This document shows, one piece after another, positions 41,955 through 52,926 of a DNA stretch of 64,000 bases. The position numbers were made by a program, and so were the translations under genes. The notes under the pieces were generated by a model. That model searched no databases. It had not been told where the DNA came from and worked only from the letters and a program-made list of their open reading frames with translations. The number at the start of each line of letters is the position of its first letter. Within the stretch, counting starts at the first letter, position 1. Source of the DNA: Acidobacteriota bacterium. Its GTDB lineage: Bacteria > Acidobacteriota > UBA890 > WLXD01. The stretch is taken from contig CBDFKD010000002.1 in NCBI GenBank assembly GCA_965248695.1, positions 4,192,001 to 4,256,000 on the forward strand, written 5' to 3'.

Positions 41955-42115
41955 GACGCTTCACCGCACTGCGCCTCGCGTGCCGGCTCGCCGCTTTATC
42001 GCCTCCCGCCCGACGTCGATATGCTAGTGGTGGGGCCGGCGGCTCTGGTCGCATGCCACACGTCGACGTCCGGCGTTCGATGGTCGATTCCCTGAAGTGA
42101 GGCGGTGGAGCCGAA

Positions 42116-44359
42116 ATGCGTGATCGTCGGCCGGGTCACCGGCGCGCGTTGCTGAACCGGCGAGGGGCGTTGCGGCTGCTGGTGGCGAGCATAGCGCCGC
42201 GTGCTGTTTGCCTGGCGACCATCGTCGCGGCGGCCCCGGATCTGGTTGCGCAGGTGGCTGAGGCGGTCAGCGACGATTCCAGCGACGACGAGGCGATCGT
42301 GGCCGTCTTCGCGTCGACGCCCCCGGCCATCGACGGCATCCTCGACGACGCAGTTTGGCGCGCCGCCGTGCCCGCCACCGACTTCCGTCAACGTAATCCG
42401 GTCGACGGCGCCACACCTTCAGAGTCCAGCGAGCTTCGGGTTGCTTTCGATGCGACCAACATCTACTTCGGGCTGACGCTGAACGACTCGGAGCCCGACA
42501 AGATCCTCGCCCGCATCCTGCACCGTGAGGGGCGCATCGATCTCGACGACCGGGTGATCATCGCGCTCGACAGCTTCGACGACGATCGTTCCGCCTACAT
42601 CTTCGAGCTCAACGCGCTCGGCACCCAGGGTGACGCGTTCATTACCGATGAGCGCCTGGTGTTTTCGGACTGGAACTGGGAGGGCGTGTACCGCAGCCAG
42701 GGGAGGATCACCGATGCCGGTTGGGAGCTGGAGGTGGCGATTCCGTTCACCACCATTCGCTTCACTGATGCGGCGGCGCCGCGCATGGGGTTGGCTGTCT
42801 ACCGATCGATTCGCCGCAAGAACGAGGAGGTGATCTGGCCGCATATCTCGCAGCAGTACCGTAGCGGCATCTTCCAGGTGTCGCAGTACGCCGCGCTGGA
42901 GGGACTGCAGAACTTGCAGCGCGGACGCAACTTCGAGGTGAAGCCCTACGGGGTGATCGGCGGGCAGACGATCGAGCCCGAAGGATCCGACTTCCTGCGG
43001 GACGCGGGCGTCGACATGAAGATCGGCCTCACTTCGGGCCTGACGCTCGACCTGACCTACAACACCGACTTCGCCCAGGTCGAGGCCGACAACGTGCGCA
43101 TCAACCTGACGCGCTTCGGGCTGTTCTTTCCGGAGAAGCGTGAGTTCTTCGTGGAGCGCGCCAACCTGTTCACGTTCGGCGATCAGCGCAGCACCGAGGT
43201 GTTCTTCTCGCGTCGCATCGGGCTGGAGAACGACATCCTGGGCGGAGCAGCGGCTGACCGGCGAGGTGGGGCCGTTCTCGGTCGGCTTCCTGAACCTGCA
43301 GACGCGTGACTCCGATGCCCTGTCGGGTGCCAACAATACTGTCGTGCGCCTGCGCACCGAGCCGCTGCCGCGCACCTCGGTGGGGATGATCTTCACCAAC
43401 CTGCAGAACGCCGAGGGCCACAACCGTGTTGCCGGGGTCGACGGGGTGACGCGCTTCTGGTCCAGCAGTCAGTTCCGCTTCTGGGGGGCGCGCGCGTGTG
43501 GGACTCCGAACAGGGAGGCGCCGGCAACGGTGCCGGTGGCGCCGAGCTGACGCTGCGCAACGATCGCCACGGCCTGGTGCTCGGCTACCGTGACATCGGC
43601 GAGGCGTTCAACCCCGGCCTCGGCTTCGTGCGGCGGCTCGACCAGCGGGCGTTGCACTGGAGCGTATCGTTCACGCCGCGGTTCGAGAGCAGTACCTGGG
43701 CGCGGTCGGCGCGGATGTCGATGTTTGGCGACTACATCGCCGGGCACGATGGTCGCAAGCAGACCACGCAGGCCGGCATCCACAGCTCGTTCCAGTTCGA
43801 GAGCGGCGCCTCTGTCGGGCTGGTGGCGACGTCTAACTACGAGCGTCTGGACGAGGGGTTCTTCATCCGTAGCGACGTTGAGATCCCCACCGGGGAGTAC
43901 GACTTCTCGCGCCTCACGCTCTTTGCGCAAACGAACGCCGCTGCCGTCCTGTCGGGCGGTGCCAAGGCCACTTTCGGGGGCTTCTTCGGCGGTACGCGCA
44001 CCGAGTACGGTGCCAACCTGGAGTGGAAGCCGGGGCCGCGGTTGCGGTTGAACCTGGCGGCCGACCGCAACCTCATCTCGCTGCCGGTGGCGGGCGGCGA
44101 GTTCTCCACTGTTATCTATAGCGCCGACGTCGGCCTGGCCGCTTCGCGCAAGCTATTCGGCAACGCGCTGATCCAGTACGACAACTTCTCGCAAACGCTG
44201 CAGGCCAACTTCCGGGTCGACTGGATCCACACTCCGGGTAGCGATCTGTTCGTCGTCTTCGATACCGGCTACTTCCTCGGCGATCTGTTCGACCCACACG
44301 AAGCCCGCTGGCGTCGCCGGACCGGGGTGGTCAAGCTGACCTATCTGAAGGCGTTCTGA
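42116..44359 (+). CDS. DUF5916-like protein (CBM9-like sugar-binding domain + OM beta-barrel); frameshifts at ~43248 and ~43492
   Basis: 'PAIDGILDDAVW', 'GWELEVAIPF', 'NTDFAQVEAD', 'FFPEKREFFVE', 'FFSRRIG', C-term 'KLTYLKAF'. Confidence 0.82.
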
Positions 44360-44476
44360 CGCCGACGGCGTAAACGTGCGGCATCCGGCGGACAGGGTGG
44401 GGCCAATGGGGGACCGCCACGGGCAAGGGCGGAGGGAATGTGGTGTCGGCACGTGGACATCGAACGATAGATGCGC

Positions 44477-44580
44477 ATTCTTGATTACTAAAAGTTAGTA
44501 TAAGCTAGTAAAAATAAATATAACTTATTAAAGAATAAGCTTGAGCTAAGAAAGCGTTCTAAACTATCTTTTCAATAACG
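44477..44580. promoter_or_regulatory. Very AT-rich intergenic regulatory patch with palindromes
   Basis: About 23% GC by hand count over ~100 bp in a GC-rich context; TACTAA-aag-TTAGTA (44486-44500) and CTTATT-aaag-AATAAG (44524-44539). Confidence 0.6.
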
Positions 44581-44623
44581 CAAATGTCCTTTCCGCACCC
44601 CTAGGCCCGGTAGAGCCGCCGCG

Positions 44624-46999
44624 ATGAGTACGAGATCCTCCGAAGAGGCAATGGGATTCGACGAGATTCCCGGCGCCGAGCCTGACGGCGTTCGGATGTT
44701 GAGCAACCCGGTGCTGATCGCGCGCTGGGTGCTGGCGCTGGCCGCCTGCTACGCCGTGCTGTTCCACACCTCGGACGGTCTCGTTCCGGAGCTCAAGCAG
44801 AACTTCGTCGCTGGGGTGCTCGGGTTCACCCTGCTGGCCACCTGGGCGCTGCACAAGAAGCCCAGCAAGCTCCTGCGGATGATGGTATCGCTCATCGACA
44901 TCGCCATCGTCTCGGGGGCGATCGTCATCGTCGAGAACGCCTCCACGGAGTTCTTCCTCGTCTACCTGGTGGTGGTCACCTTCGCGGCGCAGAGCCTCGG
45001 TCCGGTTGCCGCCGGCGGCCACAGCCTGCTGGTGGCTCTAGTTTACGGAGGCTTGCTGTATCGCGAGCTGGGCGAAGCGGTGTTCACCAGCCCGGAGTAT
45101 CTGATCCGGCTGGGATTCCTTTGCGGGCTCGGGTTCATCTTCGCGGTGGTCGGCGATGAGGCCAAGCGCCAGAAGCGCCGCGCCCAGACGATCGCCGCTC
45201 GGATGCAGTCGGTGGCCGTGCACGCGCGCTCGCTGGCGCGCGACAAGTATCGGCTGCGCGCCCTGTCAGAGATCGGTCGGCTCGGGCTCGTTGGCGCCGC
45301 TGCGGCGGACAGCGACGTGCTGTTCGAGATCAGCAAGCGTGTGCAGAAAGGCGTCGGCGTGGACCGCTGCTCGCTCGTGGTTTTCAGCGGTGACGACGCG
45401 ACCGGCTACGTAGCGGCCAGCAGCGACGACGCCGCCATCGAGGTTCGCCCCATCAAGATCAAGCAGTATCCCGAGCTTCAGGAGACGCTTGCACACGGTG
45501 AGATCACCGAGTTCCGCCGCGGCGACCCGAAGGAAATCTGGTCGAAGGTAGCCGACTTTCTGCCCAACGTGAGCTCGTTCAACAGCTTCCTCGTGGTGCC
45601 GATCAAGGCCAACGAGCAGGTGTTCGGGGCGTTCTATTTGCGCGACCGCAAGGCCGGTCGGGTGTTCGATGAAGAGGAACGCGATTTCTGCTGGGCCTCG
45701 GCGCTGATGACCGCGTCGTTCATCCGCGGTCGCGGCCTGCTGCAGCAGCTACGCCAGCAGAGTCGCATCGATGGCCTGACGGGTCTGCTCAACTTCCAGG
45801 CGTTCACCGAAGAGGCGCAGAACACCCTCTCGGCGCCCAACGCGTTGACCGTGGCTCCGTTCACGCTCGCGGTCATCGACATGGACAACCTCAAGGAGGT
45901 CAACGACCAGCACGGTCACATGGCCGGCAACCGGGCCATCACCGAGATGGGTGATCGCTTGCGAGCCGCTCTGCCGGACGCCTTGGCGATGTGTCGTTAC
46001 GGTGGCGATGAGTTCGTTGCACTGGTTCATGGTTCTCGCGAATCCGCGGTGGAGCGACTTACGGAAATGCTCAACCAGCTCTCGGGGCTGCAGTGGGATG
46101 CGCCCTTCGTGGTGCGTGCCTCGATCGGGATCGCGGAGTTCCCGGTCAACGGTAGCGCCCTCGAGCAGCTGCTCGAGTCGGCCGATCAGGCGATGTACCT
46201 GGCCAAGGGCAGTGGCGGGCATCGGATCCGCAGCGCCGACTGCGACCAGGACGAGGGTGAGCTGTACGAGGCGGTCGTCCAGGTACAGACCCGTCGTATC
46301 GTTCCGGCGGCGATCGAGACCTTCAACGAGCAGCTCGGAGAGCTCCAGCGACGGTCCATTCTCGGACTCAAGGCCCCGGTGGTGCGCGAATCCATCGCCG
46401 CGCTGATGGAATCGGTAGAGCTCATCGATCCACACAGCAAGGAGCACTCGACAGAGGTGTCGCGTCTGTGCGGTCGGCTTGCCGCCGCGTTGCGAATGCC
46501 ACAGGAACACAGCCTGATGGTGGAGATCGGCGGTCATCTGCACGATGTCGGCAAGATCAAGCTGCCACCCGAGATACTCACCAAATCCGATGAGCTTTCC
46601 GCTGAAGAGCGCGCCGTTATCCAGCAGGTACCCGTCGAAGGGGCGAACATTCTGGCGTCGCTGCCGGGCCTCCGGGAGGTTGCCGAGATCGTGCTGGGTC
46701 ACCAGGAACGCTGGGATGGCAGTGGCTACCCCCGCGGGCTGGCCGGTGATGATATTCCGGTGGGGGCGCAGATCGTCGGTATCTGCGACGTCTACAACGC
46801 CCTCGTATCCGAACGCGCTCAGCGCCCGGCGCTCGACGTGCGTCGCGCCAGCGCGCTGATCGAACAGGAGATCGGACGACTCTGGAACCCGCAGCTGGCT
46901 CGCGTGTTCCTTGACCTGCTGGCGCAAGAGGATCCGGACGCGGTCGTCGGCGAAAACAACGCCAGGGACACTCCCGATGTCCAGGCAGCGAATGGATAG
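44624..46999 (+). CDS. Membrane-anchored GAF-GGDEF-HD-GYP cyclic-dinucleotide signalling protein
   Basis: N-term TM helices; GAF 'FLVVPIK..FGAFYL'; 'DGLTGLLN', 'YGGDEF'; 'LHDVGKI', 'HQERWDGSGYPRGL'. Confidence 0.92.
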   Translation: MSTRSSEEAMGFDEIPGAEPDGVRMLSNPVLIARWVLALAACYAVLFHTSDGLVPELKQNFVAGVLGFTLLATWALHKKPSKLLRMMVSLIDIAIVSGAIVIVENASTEFFLVYLVVVTFAAQSLGPVAAGGHSLLVALVYGGLLYRELGEAVFTSPEYLIRLGFLCGLGFIFAVVGDEAKRQKRRAQTIAARMQSVAVHARSLARDKYRLRALSEIGRLGLVGAAAADSDVLFEISKRVQKGVGVDRCSLVVFSGDDATGYVAASSDDAAIEVRPIKIKQYPELQETLAHGEITEFRRGDPKEIWSKVADFLPNVSSFNSFLVVPIKANEQVFGAFYLRDRKAGRVFDEEERDFCWASALMTASFIRGRGLLQQLRQQSRIDGLTGLLNFQAFTEEAQNTLSAPNALTVAPFTLAVIDMDNLKEVNDQHGHMAGNRAITEMGDRLRAALPDALAMCRYGGDEFVALVHGSRESAVERLTEMLNQLSGLQWDAPFVVRASIGIAEFPVNGSALEQLLESADQAMYLAKGSGGHRIRSADCDQDEGELYEAVVQVQTRRIVPAAIETFNEQLGELQRRSILGLKAPVVRESIAALMESVELIDPHSKEHSTEVSRLCGRLAAALRMPQEHSLMVEIGGHLHDVGKIKLPPEILTKSDELSAEERAVIQQVPVEGANILASLPGLREVAEIVLGHQERWDGSGYPRGLAGDDIPVGAQIVGICDVYNALVSERAQRPALDVRRASALIEQEIGRLWNPQLARVFLDLLAQEDPDAVVGENNARDTPDVQAANG

Positions 47000-47009
47000 G
47001 AGGCAGAAA

Positions 47010-47297
47010 ATGAAACCAGCAAAGGACAGTCAGCACGACGAGCAGTCGCAGCCGACTTCACGGCTGGGCGTTCTCGGCGAGTTCATGACCGTCGAAGACG
47101 TTGCGGACATGCTTCGCATCAACAAGTCGACGGTGTATCGCATGGCGAAGGCGGGACGCATCCCGGCGACGCGCGTGGGTCGTCAGTGGCGCTTCCGCCT
47201 CTCGGCACTCGAGGACTTCCTGGATGCCGGCGGCGACGTGGCCTTCTCGCAAGAGGAAGAGCAGGAAGACGTGTGCAAGGTGGTCAACCGCTGGTAA
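47010..47297 (+). CDS. Excisionase-family (HTH_17) DNA-binding protein
   Basis: 'MTVEDVADMLRINKSTVYRMAKAGRIPATRVGRQWRF'; AGGAGG RBS. Confidence 0.9.
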   Translation: MKPAKDSQHDEQSQPTSRLGVLGEFMTVEDVADMLRINKSTVYRMAKAGRIPATRVGRQWRFRLSALEDFLDAGGDVAFSQEEEQEDVCKVVNRW

Positions 47298-47332
47298 GCG
47301 TTGCTACTCGTCGCTAAAGGCTCGTTCGGGCG

Positions 47333-48022
47333 TCAGAGCGTGAACCCGAGCGTGAACGTGAACGTTCGCCACCTCGAATCGACGCCCTCGCCGGCGTGTT
47401 CGAGCCGGCCCAGCCCCATCGTGTAGCGACCATCCAGGGCCAGCTGCCCGATGTTGAAGCTGATCCCCACGGGAAAGCCGACGTCGAACTTCTCGAGCTC
47501 ATCCGTGACCACGGTCTCCTCGACCGAGTCGGGGAAGCGCTCGATTGTCTTGGCGTGCAGCACGTACGCGACGGAGCCGCCCGCGTAGATGCTGAACCGC
47601 ACACCCGCTGCGCTGCGGCCGGTGTACAGCTTCAGCAGCAGCGGCACCTCGAGGTATTCGGTATCGAGCTCGATCACCGCCCCGGCGAAGGCGTCGCCGA
47701 GCCTGGCCAGGTCGGCCGTTGTGTTGCGACGCACGTAGTTGGCTTCCAGCTGGAAGCCGACCGTGTCACCTGCCGTCAGCAGGAGCCCGTAGACGCCGGC
47801 CGTGAAGCCCGTGTTCCTGTCGAACGGCACACCGGTGCGCGCGTCGAGCTCCATGATCCCGACCGCCTCCGCGAGGCTAACGCCGCCCTTGATTCCGAAC
47901 CCCTGGGCCTCGGCAGCCGAGGCCGCCAGCGTCCAGGCGCCTACGACGGCGATCCCGAGGATGACGCTCGGCCCACGCCGCCGACCGGTTGCCGAGTTGA
48001 GTCGGGAATGTCGTAGCTCCAT
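47333..48022 (-). CDS. Outer-membrane beta-barrel (porin/PorT-like) protein
   Basis: Signal 'AASAAEAQ', 'FGIKGG', 'YLEVPLLLK', 'DGRYTMGL', alternating C-terminus 'TFTFTLGFTL'. Confidence 0.82.
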   Translation of the reverse strand: MELRHSRLNSATGRRRGPSVILGIAVVGAWTLAASAAEAQGFGIKGGVSLAEAVGIMELDARTGVPFDRNTGFTAGVYGLLLTAGDTVGFQLEANYVRRNTTADLARLGDAFAGAVIELDTEYLEVPLLLKLYTGRSAAGVRFSIYAGGSVAYVLHAKTIERFPDSVEETVVTDELEKFDVGFPVGISFNIGQLALDGRYTMGLGRLEHAGEGVDSRWRTFTFTLGFTL

Positions 48023-48130
48023 GCCCTTGAGGTGTGGAGCTCGGCCGGCCCTGGCCGGTCGCTCTCCGGAGATTCTGCTCAGGTTCACGACGGTGTCTAC
48101 CTTGTTTGCAGTTTCTCACTCTCGAAGGAA

Positions 48131-48158
48131 AGGCCACCGGGCGTTGGCCCGGCGGCCT
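48131..48158 (-). terminator. GC hairpin downstream of degP-like gene
   Basis: aggccaccgggc-gttg-gcccggcggcct stem-loop, followed on the minus strand by ttcctt. Confidence 0.5.
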
Positions 48159-48183
48159 CCCTGCTAACCGTGGACGCTAGCGG

Positions 48184-49818
48184 CTATTCGCGCGGCACGC
48201 GCATGGCTGCGAAGACGCTGTTGCCGTTTCTGCTGTTGTAGAAGTAGATCGACACCGCGTCGCCCGGGCCGTAGGCCGAGATCGCGGCAGCGTACTCCTC
48301 GATGTTGGCGATCCGGACACGTCCGATGCGGCGGATGACATCGCCCTGATCCAGACCGGCTCGTGCCGCCGGGCTGTTCGGCGCCACGGCCGTCACCACG
48401 ACGCCTTCGATCTCGGTCGGGATGTTGAGCTGCCGCGACAGACGGCCGGTGAGCTCGGTCACCCGCAGCCCGAGCTTGATACCGCCCATCTCTCCGGCGT
48501 CGTCGTCCGCATCGGGCTCGTCACGCTCGCCGCCGTTGCGACCACCGGTGAGCCGGCTGACGAGAATCTCGGCCTCGTCCGGACGCTCGGTCAGGACGAC
48601 TGGAAGATCGACGTCGGCGTAGCCGTCCTCGTCGTTGCGCAGCACGTTGAGCACGATCTCCTCGCCCGGAGTCTTGTTGGCCACGCGCTGCAGGAAGTCG
48701 GCCTGGCTCTCCAGCGGCGTGTCATCGGTGCCGACGACAATGTCGCCCGGCTCCACCCCGGCCTCGAGCGCCGGACCGTCGGGAGTGACCGTGTTGATGA
48801 TGGCGCCGCGCAACATCGGATCCAGGTCGTAGCCGTCGATCAGGTCGCGAGAGAGGTTCTGCACCGTGACGCCCAGATACCCGCGGATGATGTGACCGTG
48901 CTCGCGCAGTTGCTCCATGACGCGGCCGGCCAGATTCGCCGGCACGGCGAAGCCGACGCCGCTGAAGCTCGGGTTCATTCCGCCGCCGGTGGCGATCACG
49001 GTGTTGATACCGACCACCTCGCCGCGCAGGTTGACCAGCGGTCCACCGGAGTTGCCCGGATTGATCGCCGCGTCGGTCTGCACGAAGTCCTGATAGGCCG
49101 TCTGTGCCATTATGCCACCGAGGTTGGCGCGACCCAGCGCCGAGACGATGCCGGCCGAGACCGTGTTCTGTAGCCCGAACGGGGCGCCGATGGCCATGAC
49201 CCACTCGCCCACACGCACCAGGTCGGAGTCGCCGAGCGGCGCGAACGGAAGCCGGCGCGCGTCGATCTTGAGCAGCGCGATATCGGTGCCCAGGTCGGCG
49301 CCGACGATGGACGCCTCATAGACGCGATCATCGGCCAGCGTCACGCGCACCGAGCTGGCAAGGTCGGTCGCTGCGGTCTCGGTGTTGAGCACCGCCACCA
49401 CGTGCGCGTTGGTGAGGACGTAGCCATCCGCGCTGACCAGCACGCCGGAGCCCTGGCTGCGCGCGCGGTCCTCGAACTGGAACTCGTCTTCCTCGGGCGC
49501 TTCCTCTTCTTGCGGACGATCGCGGCCAAAGAAGTTGTCGAAGAAATCGTTGAATCGGCCGCCGGTAGCGCGCTGCTCCTGCGGCCGTTCGGCCTCGATG
49601 AAGACCACGGCGCGGCTGGTGTCTTCGGCCACGTTGACGAACAGACCCTGCGGCACCATGTCGGCCATGGGCGCGTCGCTCATTACCGCCGGCTGTGTCT
49701 GCTGCGGCTCGGTACCGCCGGCAGGCGCTATGCCCGCTACCGACAAACCCAGAAGTAGCCCGACGCCGACGAGGGTGGCAGTGGCGCCCACGCGTCCGAT
49801 CCTGTTCCAGATGTTCAT
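48184..49818 (-). CDS. degP: Do/DegQ/HtrA serine protease with two PDZ domains
   Basis: 'GSGVLVS..GYVLTNAHVV', 'TDIALLKI', 'QTDAAINPGNSGGPL'. Confidence 0.93.
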   Translation of the reverse strand: MNIWNRIGRVGATATLVGVGLLLGLSVAGIAPAGGTEPQQTQPAVMSDAPMADMVPQGLFVNVAEDTSRAVVFIEAERPQEQRATGGRFNDFFDNFFGRDRPQEEEAPEEDEFQFEDRARSQGSGVLVSADGYVLTNAHVVAVLNTETAATDLASSVRVTLADDRVYEASIVGADLGTDIALLKIDARRLPFAPLGDSDLVRVGEWVMAIGAPFGLQNTVSAGIVSALGRANLGGIMAQTAYQDFVQTDAAINPGNSGGPLVNLRGEVVGINTVIATGGGMNPSFSGVGFAVPANLAGRVMEQLREHGHIIRGYLGVTVQNLSRDLIDGYDLDPMLRGAIINTVTPDGPALEAGVEPGDIVVGTDDTPLESQADFLQRVANKTPGEEIVLNVLRNDEDGYADVDLPVVLTERPDEAEILVSRLTGGRNGGERDEPDADDDAGEMGGIKLGLRVTELTGRLSRQLNIPTEIEGVVVTAVAPNSPAARAGLDQGDVIRRIGRVRIANIEEYAAAISAYGPGDAVSIYFYNSRNGNSVFAAMRVPRE

Positions 49819-50086
49819 CTGAGCTGTCCTCCGCTCGAGAGATTCATGTTCGGTGTTCTGATAACCGGGGCCCCCCGGCCCCGGTCTGAGGTCTTAGACG
49901 ACCCGGCTCGCCGAATAGACGACCACGTCATGCCCCCTCTGTAAGCAAGCTTAGCGCGAAACCGTACCGATGGACCATGAGCGCGAGGCGCCCGAGGGAC
50001 TGTAGTGCGCTGAGATCGACAATCGCGGCGATCTGGGGCCAGCCACCACAGCGATCCGAGCACTTGCCCGCCGTAGTTAATGAAAA

Positions 50087-51241
50087 TCAGCCGCGGTCGG
50101 GGAGAGTCACGTAAGCGCGCGCGTCGGGACCGATGTACTCCGCGCGTGGACGAATAAGCTTGTTGTCGGCGTACTGCTCCATCACGTGCGTCGTCCATCC
50201 GGAGATCCGCGAGAGCGCGAAGATCATCGGGAACAGGTCGGGCGCCAGGCCGAGGTACGAATACAGGCTGGCCGACCAGAAATCGACGTTCACGGCGAGG
50301 CCCTTGCGCTCGGCGACCACCTCCACCAGACGCTGCGACACGGCCACCAGGTCGGTGCCGTCATCCTCGTGCGTAGCTTGCAGCGCCCTGGCGTGCTCGC
50401 GCAGGTGGCGGGCACGGGGGTCCTCGACCTTGTACACGCGGTGGCCGAAACCCATGATCTTCTGCCCAGCCGCGAGCGTCGTGTCGACCCACTCCTCGAC
50501 GCGCTCGACCGAACCGATGTCGTCGAGCGTTTCGCGCACGCGCTGGTTGGCGCCGCCATGCAGTGGACCCTTCAGTGTTCCGACCGCCGAGGTGACGGCG
50601 GAGTGCATGTCCGAGAGCGTCGCGGCGGTCACCTTGGCCGAGAACGTCGAGGCGTTGAAACCGTGGTCGGCATGCAGCACGAGCGCCACGTCGAGTGCGC
50701 GGACCGCCGTCTCGTTGGCGCGCTCACCGTGCAGCATGTAGAGGAAATTAGCGGCGTGCCCCAGCGCCGGATCCGGCGCTACTGGTTCGAGACCCAGGCG
50801 AGCACGATGGATCGCTGCCACGAGGGTGCCAAGCTGGGCGGTCAGGCGCCCGGCCTTGCGCTTGCTAGCGGCGATCGACATTTCCTCGGCGTCGGGGTCG
50901 TAGTTTCCGAGCGCCGAGACGGCGGTGCGCAACAGCGCCATCGGCGTCGTGTCGGCGGGCGCCGCCGAGATGAAGTCGAGAATGCCCGCGGCGACCGGTC
51001 GCTGAGCGGCGAGCGAGGTGGTGAAGTCGGCCAGATCAGCGCGATTCGGTAGCTGGCCGTTCCACAGCAAATAGACGGTTTCCTCGAAACACGAGTGCTC
51101 GGCCAGATCGTGGATGTCATAGCCGAAGTAGCGGAGCGTTCCGACCTTGCCGTCGATGAATCCCACCGAGGATTTGCCGGCAACGACGCCGGCGAGCCCG
51201 GTGCTTTTCTTCGGTTCGCTCTCGACCTTCGTATCCGTCAT
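50087..51241 (-). CDS. Citrate synthase (citrate/2-methylcitrate synthase family)
   Basis: 'LHADHGFNASTF', 'GPLHGGAN', 'GFGHRVYK..DPR', 'NVDF', 'IRPRAEY'. Confidence 0.95.
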   Translation of the reverse strand: MTDTKVESEPKKSTGLAGVVAGKSSVGFIDGKVGTLRYFGYDIHDLAEHSCFEETVYLLWNGQLPNRADLADFTTSLAAQRPVAAGILDFISAAPADTTPMALLRTAVSALGNYDPDAEEMSIAASKRKAGRLTAQLGTLVAAIHRARLGLEPVAPDPALGHAANFLYMLHGERANETAVRALDVALVLHADHGFNASTFSAKVTAATLSDMHSAVTSAVGTLKGPLHGGANQRVRETLDDIGSVERVEEWVDTTLAAGQKIMGFGHRVYKVEDPRARHLREHARALQATHEDDGTDLVAVSQRLVEVVAERKGLAVNVDFWSASLYSYLGLAPDLFPMIFALSRISGWTTHVMEQYADNKLIRPRAEYIGPDARAYVTLPDRG

Positions 51242-51427
51242 CGCCCGGTCCCGTGCACACGCTACGGTATCAACGGATCGGTATCGCCCAGCCCCCCACG
51301 CATGTTGAGCGGCGCCTCGACCTGTCGAAGTCCATCGTACTGTCTAGTCCGCGGCCCCACAAACCGCCCGCCAGCGGTGCATGCAGCCGCGCTGACGACC
51401 GCTGGCGTTGGTCGGTAGCCAATCGCC

Positions 51428-52792
51428 TCACCGTTGCCGAAGCTGCTCCATGAGATCGGTCAACCCTGGCGAGATCTCCACCGGGTAGACTTCCGGATCG
51501 CGCAGCCGCCGCACGCCTGCCGGGAGCCTGGCGACCTGATCTGCGGCGCGGGCGCGGATCTCCTCGAGCGCCGGCGCTCGCCGCAGCAACCGGCCGTTCG
51601 CCATGTACGGCTCGAGCAATGGCATGCCGGGAAGATCCTCGCTCTCGATCCCCACCGTGTCGCCCAGCGGAACGCCGTCATCGTCGTGCCGGCGCCACAC
51701 CTGCTTGTGTCCGGGCAGCGACACCTTGGCAGCGCTGAGCTTGATCACCGGAACCTCGGCGCCGGCGCCGTCCTGGCAGGCCACCAGCTTGTAGGTGCTG
51801 GAAAGCGTCGGCGCGTCGCCGCTGGTGCCCAGTTGCGTCCCCACTCCGAAACCGTCGATCCTGGCGCCGGCAGCCACCAAAGCGGCGATCTTGTGCTCGT
51901 CCAGATCGCCGCTGGCGAAGATCTTCGTGTCTTCGGCGCCGCCGGCATCGAGAATCTCCCGGACCCCCACTGAGAGCGCTAGAAGGTCGCCAGAATCGAG
52001 TCGCACGGCGGCCAGGCGCTGGCCGCGCGAGGCAAGCTCGGGCAGCAGCTTCAGAGCGTTGCGCGCCCCTTCCAGCGTGTCGAACGTATCGATGAGCAAC
52101 GTCGGGTCGCTGGGGTAGGAGCGGGAGAACACCCGGAACGCCTCCTCCTCGTCGCGATGAAACATCACGAACGAGTGCGCCATGGTGCCGAAGATCGGGA
52201 TGCCGAACTGATCGTTGGCGAGCACGTTCGAGGTGCCGATGCAGCCGCCGATGTATGAGGCCCGCGCCGCCAGCAACCCCGCTTGCGGACCGTGATCGCG
52301 GCGCGGGGAAAAGTCGACGACCGCTCTGCCGTCGGCGGCGCCGACCACGCGGGCGCCCTTCGAGGCGACCACGGTCTGAAACGTCAGCGTCGTCAGCAGG
52401 TAGGTTTCGAGAATCTGCGCCTCGATGATCGGCGCGGTGATGCGCAACAGGGGGCCGGGAGGGAAATAGACCGTTCCCTCCGGAATCGCCTCGACCGAGC
52501 CGGTGAAGCGCATCGAAGCCAGGTAGTCGACGAACTCCTGGCGGAAGTGTGCCGAGCCCTCCAGATACTCGAGGGCCTCGGGTCGGAATCGCAGATCGCG
52601 GATGTACGCCAGCGCCTGTTCCAGCCCCGCCGCGATCAGGTAACCGCGCTCCGGCGGCAGGACGCGCACGCTCAGGTCGAAGGTGGCACGTCGATCGACG
52701 ATATCGGCCTCGAGAAACGCCTGAGCCATCGTCAGCTCGTACAGATCGGTCGACAGCCCCATCCGTTCGACTGCCATGAGGGCGTGTTTCAT
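51428..52792 (-). CDS. pncB: Nicotinate phosphoribosyltransferase
   Basis: 'TDLYELTMAQ', 'GTMAHS', 'LIDTFD', 'RLDSGD', 'FGVGT'. Confidence 0.95.
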   Translation of the reverse strand: MKHALMAVERMGLSTDLYELTMAQAFLEADIVDRRATFDLSVRVLPPERGYLIAAGLEQALAYIRDLRFRPEALEYLEGSAHFRQEFVDYLASMRFTGSVEAIPEGTVYFPPGPLLRITAPIIEAQILETYLLTTLTFQTVVASKGARVVGAADGRAVVDFSPRRDHGPQAGLLAARASYIGGCIGTSNVLANDQFGIPIFGTMAHSFVMFHRDEEEAFRVFSRSYPSDPTLLIDTFDTLEGARNALKLLPELASRGQRLAAVRLDSGDLLALSVGVREILDAGGAEDTKIFASGDLDEHKIAALVAAGARIDGFGVGTQLGTSGDAPTLSSTYKLVACQDGAGAEVPVIKLSAAKVSLPGHKQVWRRHDDDGVPLGDTVGIESEDLPGMPLLEPYMANGRLLRRAPALEEIRARAADQVARLPAGVRRLRDPEVYPVEISPGLTDLMEQLRQR

Positions 52793-52926
52793 CGGCGTCC
52801 GCGAGCATCCGTCTGGGCGTCGTGTCGGCGCCGGATTCGGGTGGGAAACCCTATGTTATGATGCGCGCCCTCGCCCGGCGCGGCAACGTGAGCCGGCTTC
52901 CGGGAGCTCACCTTCAGGAGGCAACA

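Noticed and set aside
44400-44460. c-di-GMP riboswitch upstream of the GGDEF/HD-GYP gene
   Set aside because: No recognisable GEMM-I or c-di-GMP-II consensus by eye; an Infernal/Rfam scan would be decisive.
44470-44500. Possible dif site or oriC DNA-unwinding element in the AT-rich patch
   Set aside because: ATGCGCAT resembles part of the XerC arm, but no TTATGTTAAA-like XerD arm follows; no DnaA boxes or dnaA/dnaN nearby.
47010-47297. Prophage/ICE excisionase
   Set aside because: No integrase, tRNA, att repeats or phage genes nearby; more likely a standalone regulator.
50087-51241. Methylcitrate cycle formed by citrate synthase plus the PrpD-like genes
   Set aside because: About 35 kb apart, no prpB/prpE/acnD, and the PrpD-like proteins are divergent with export-like leaders.
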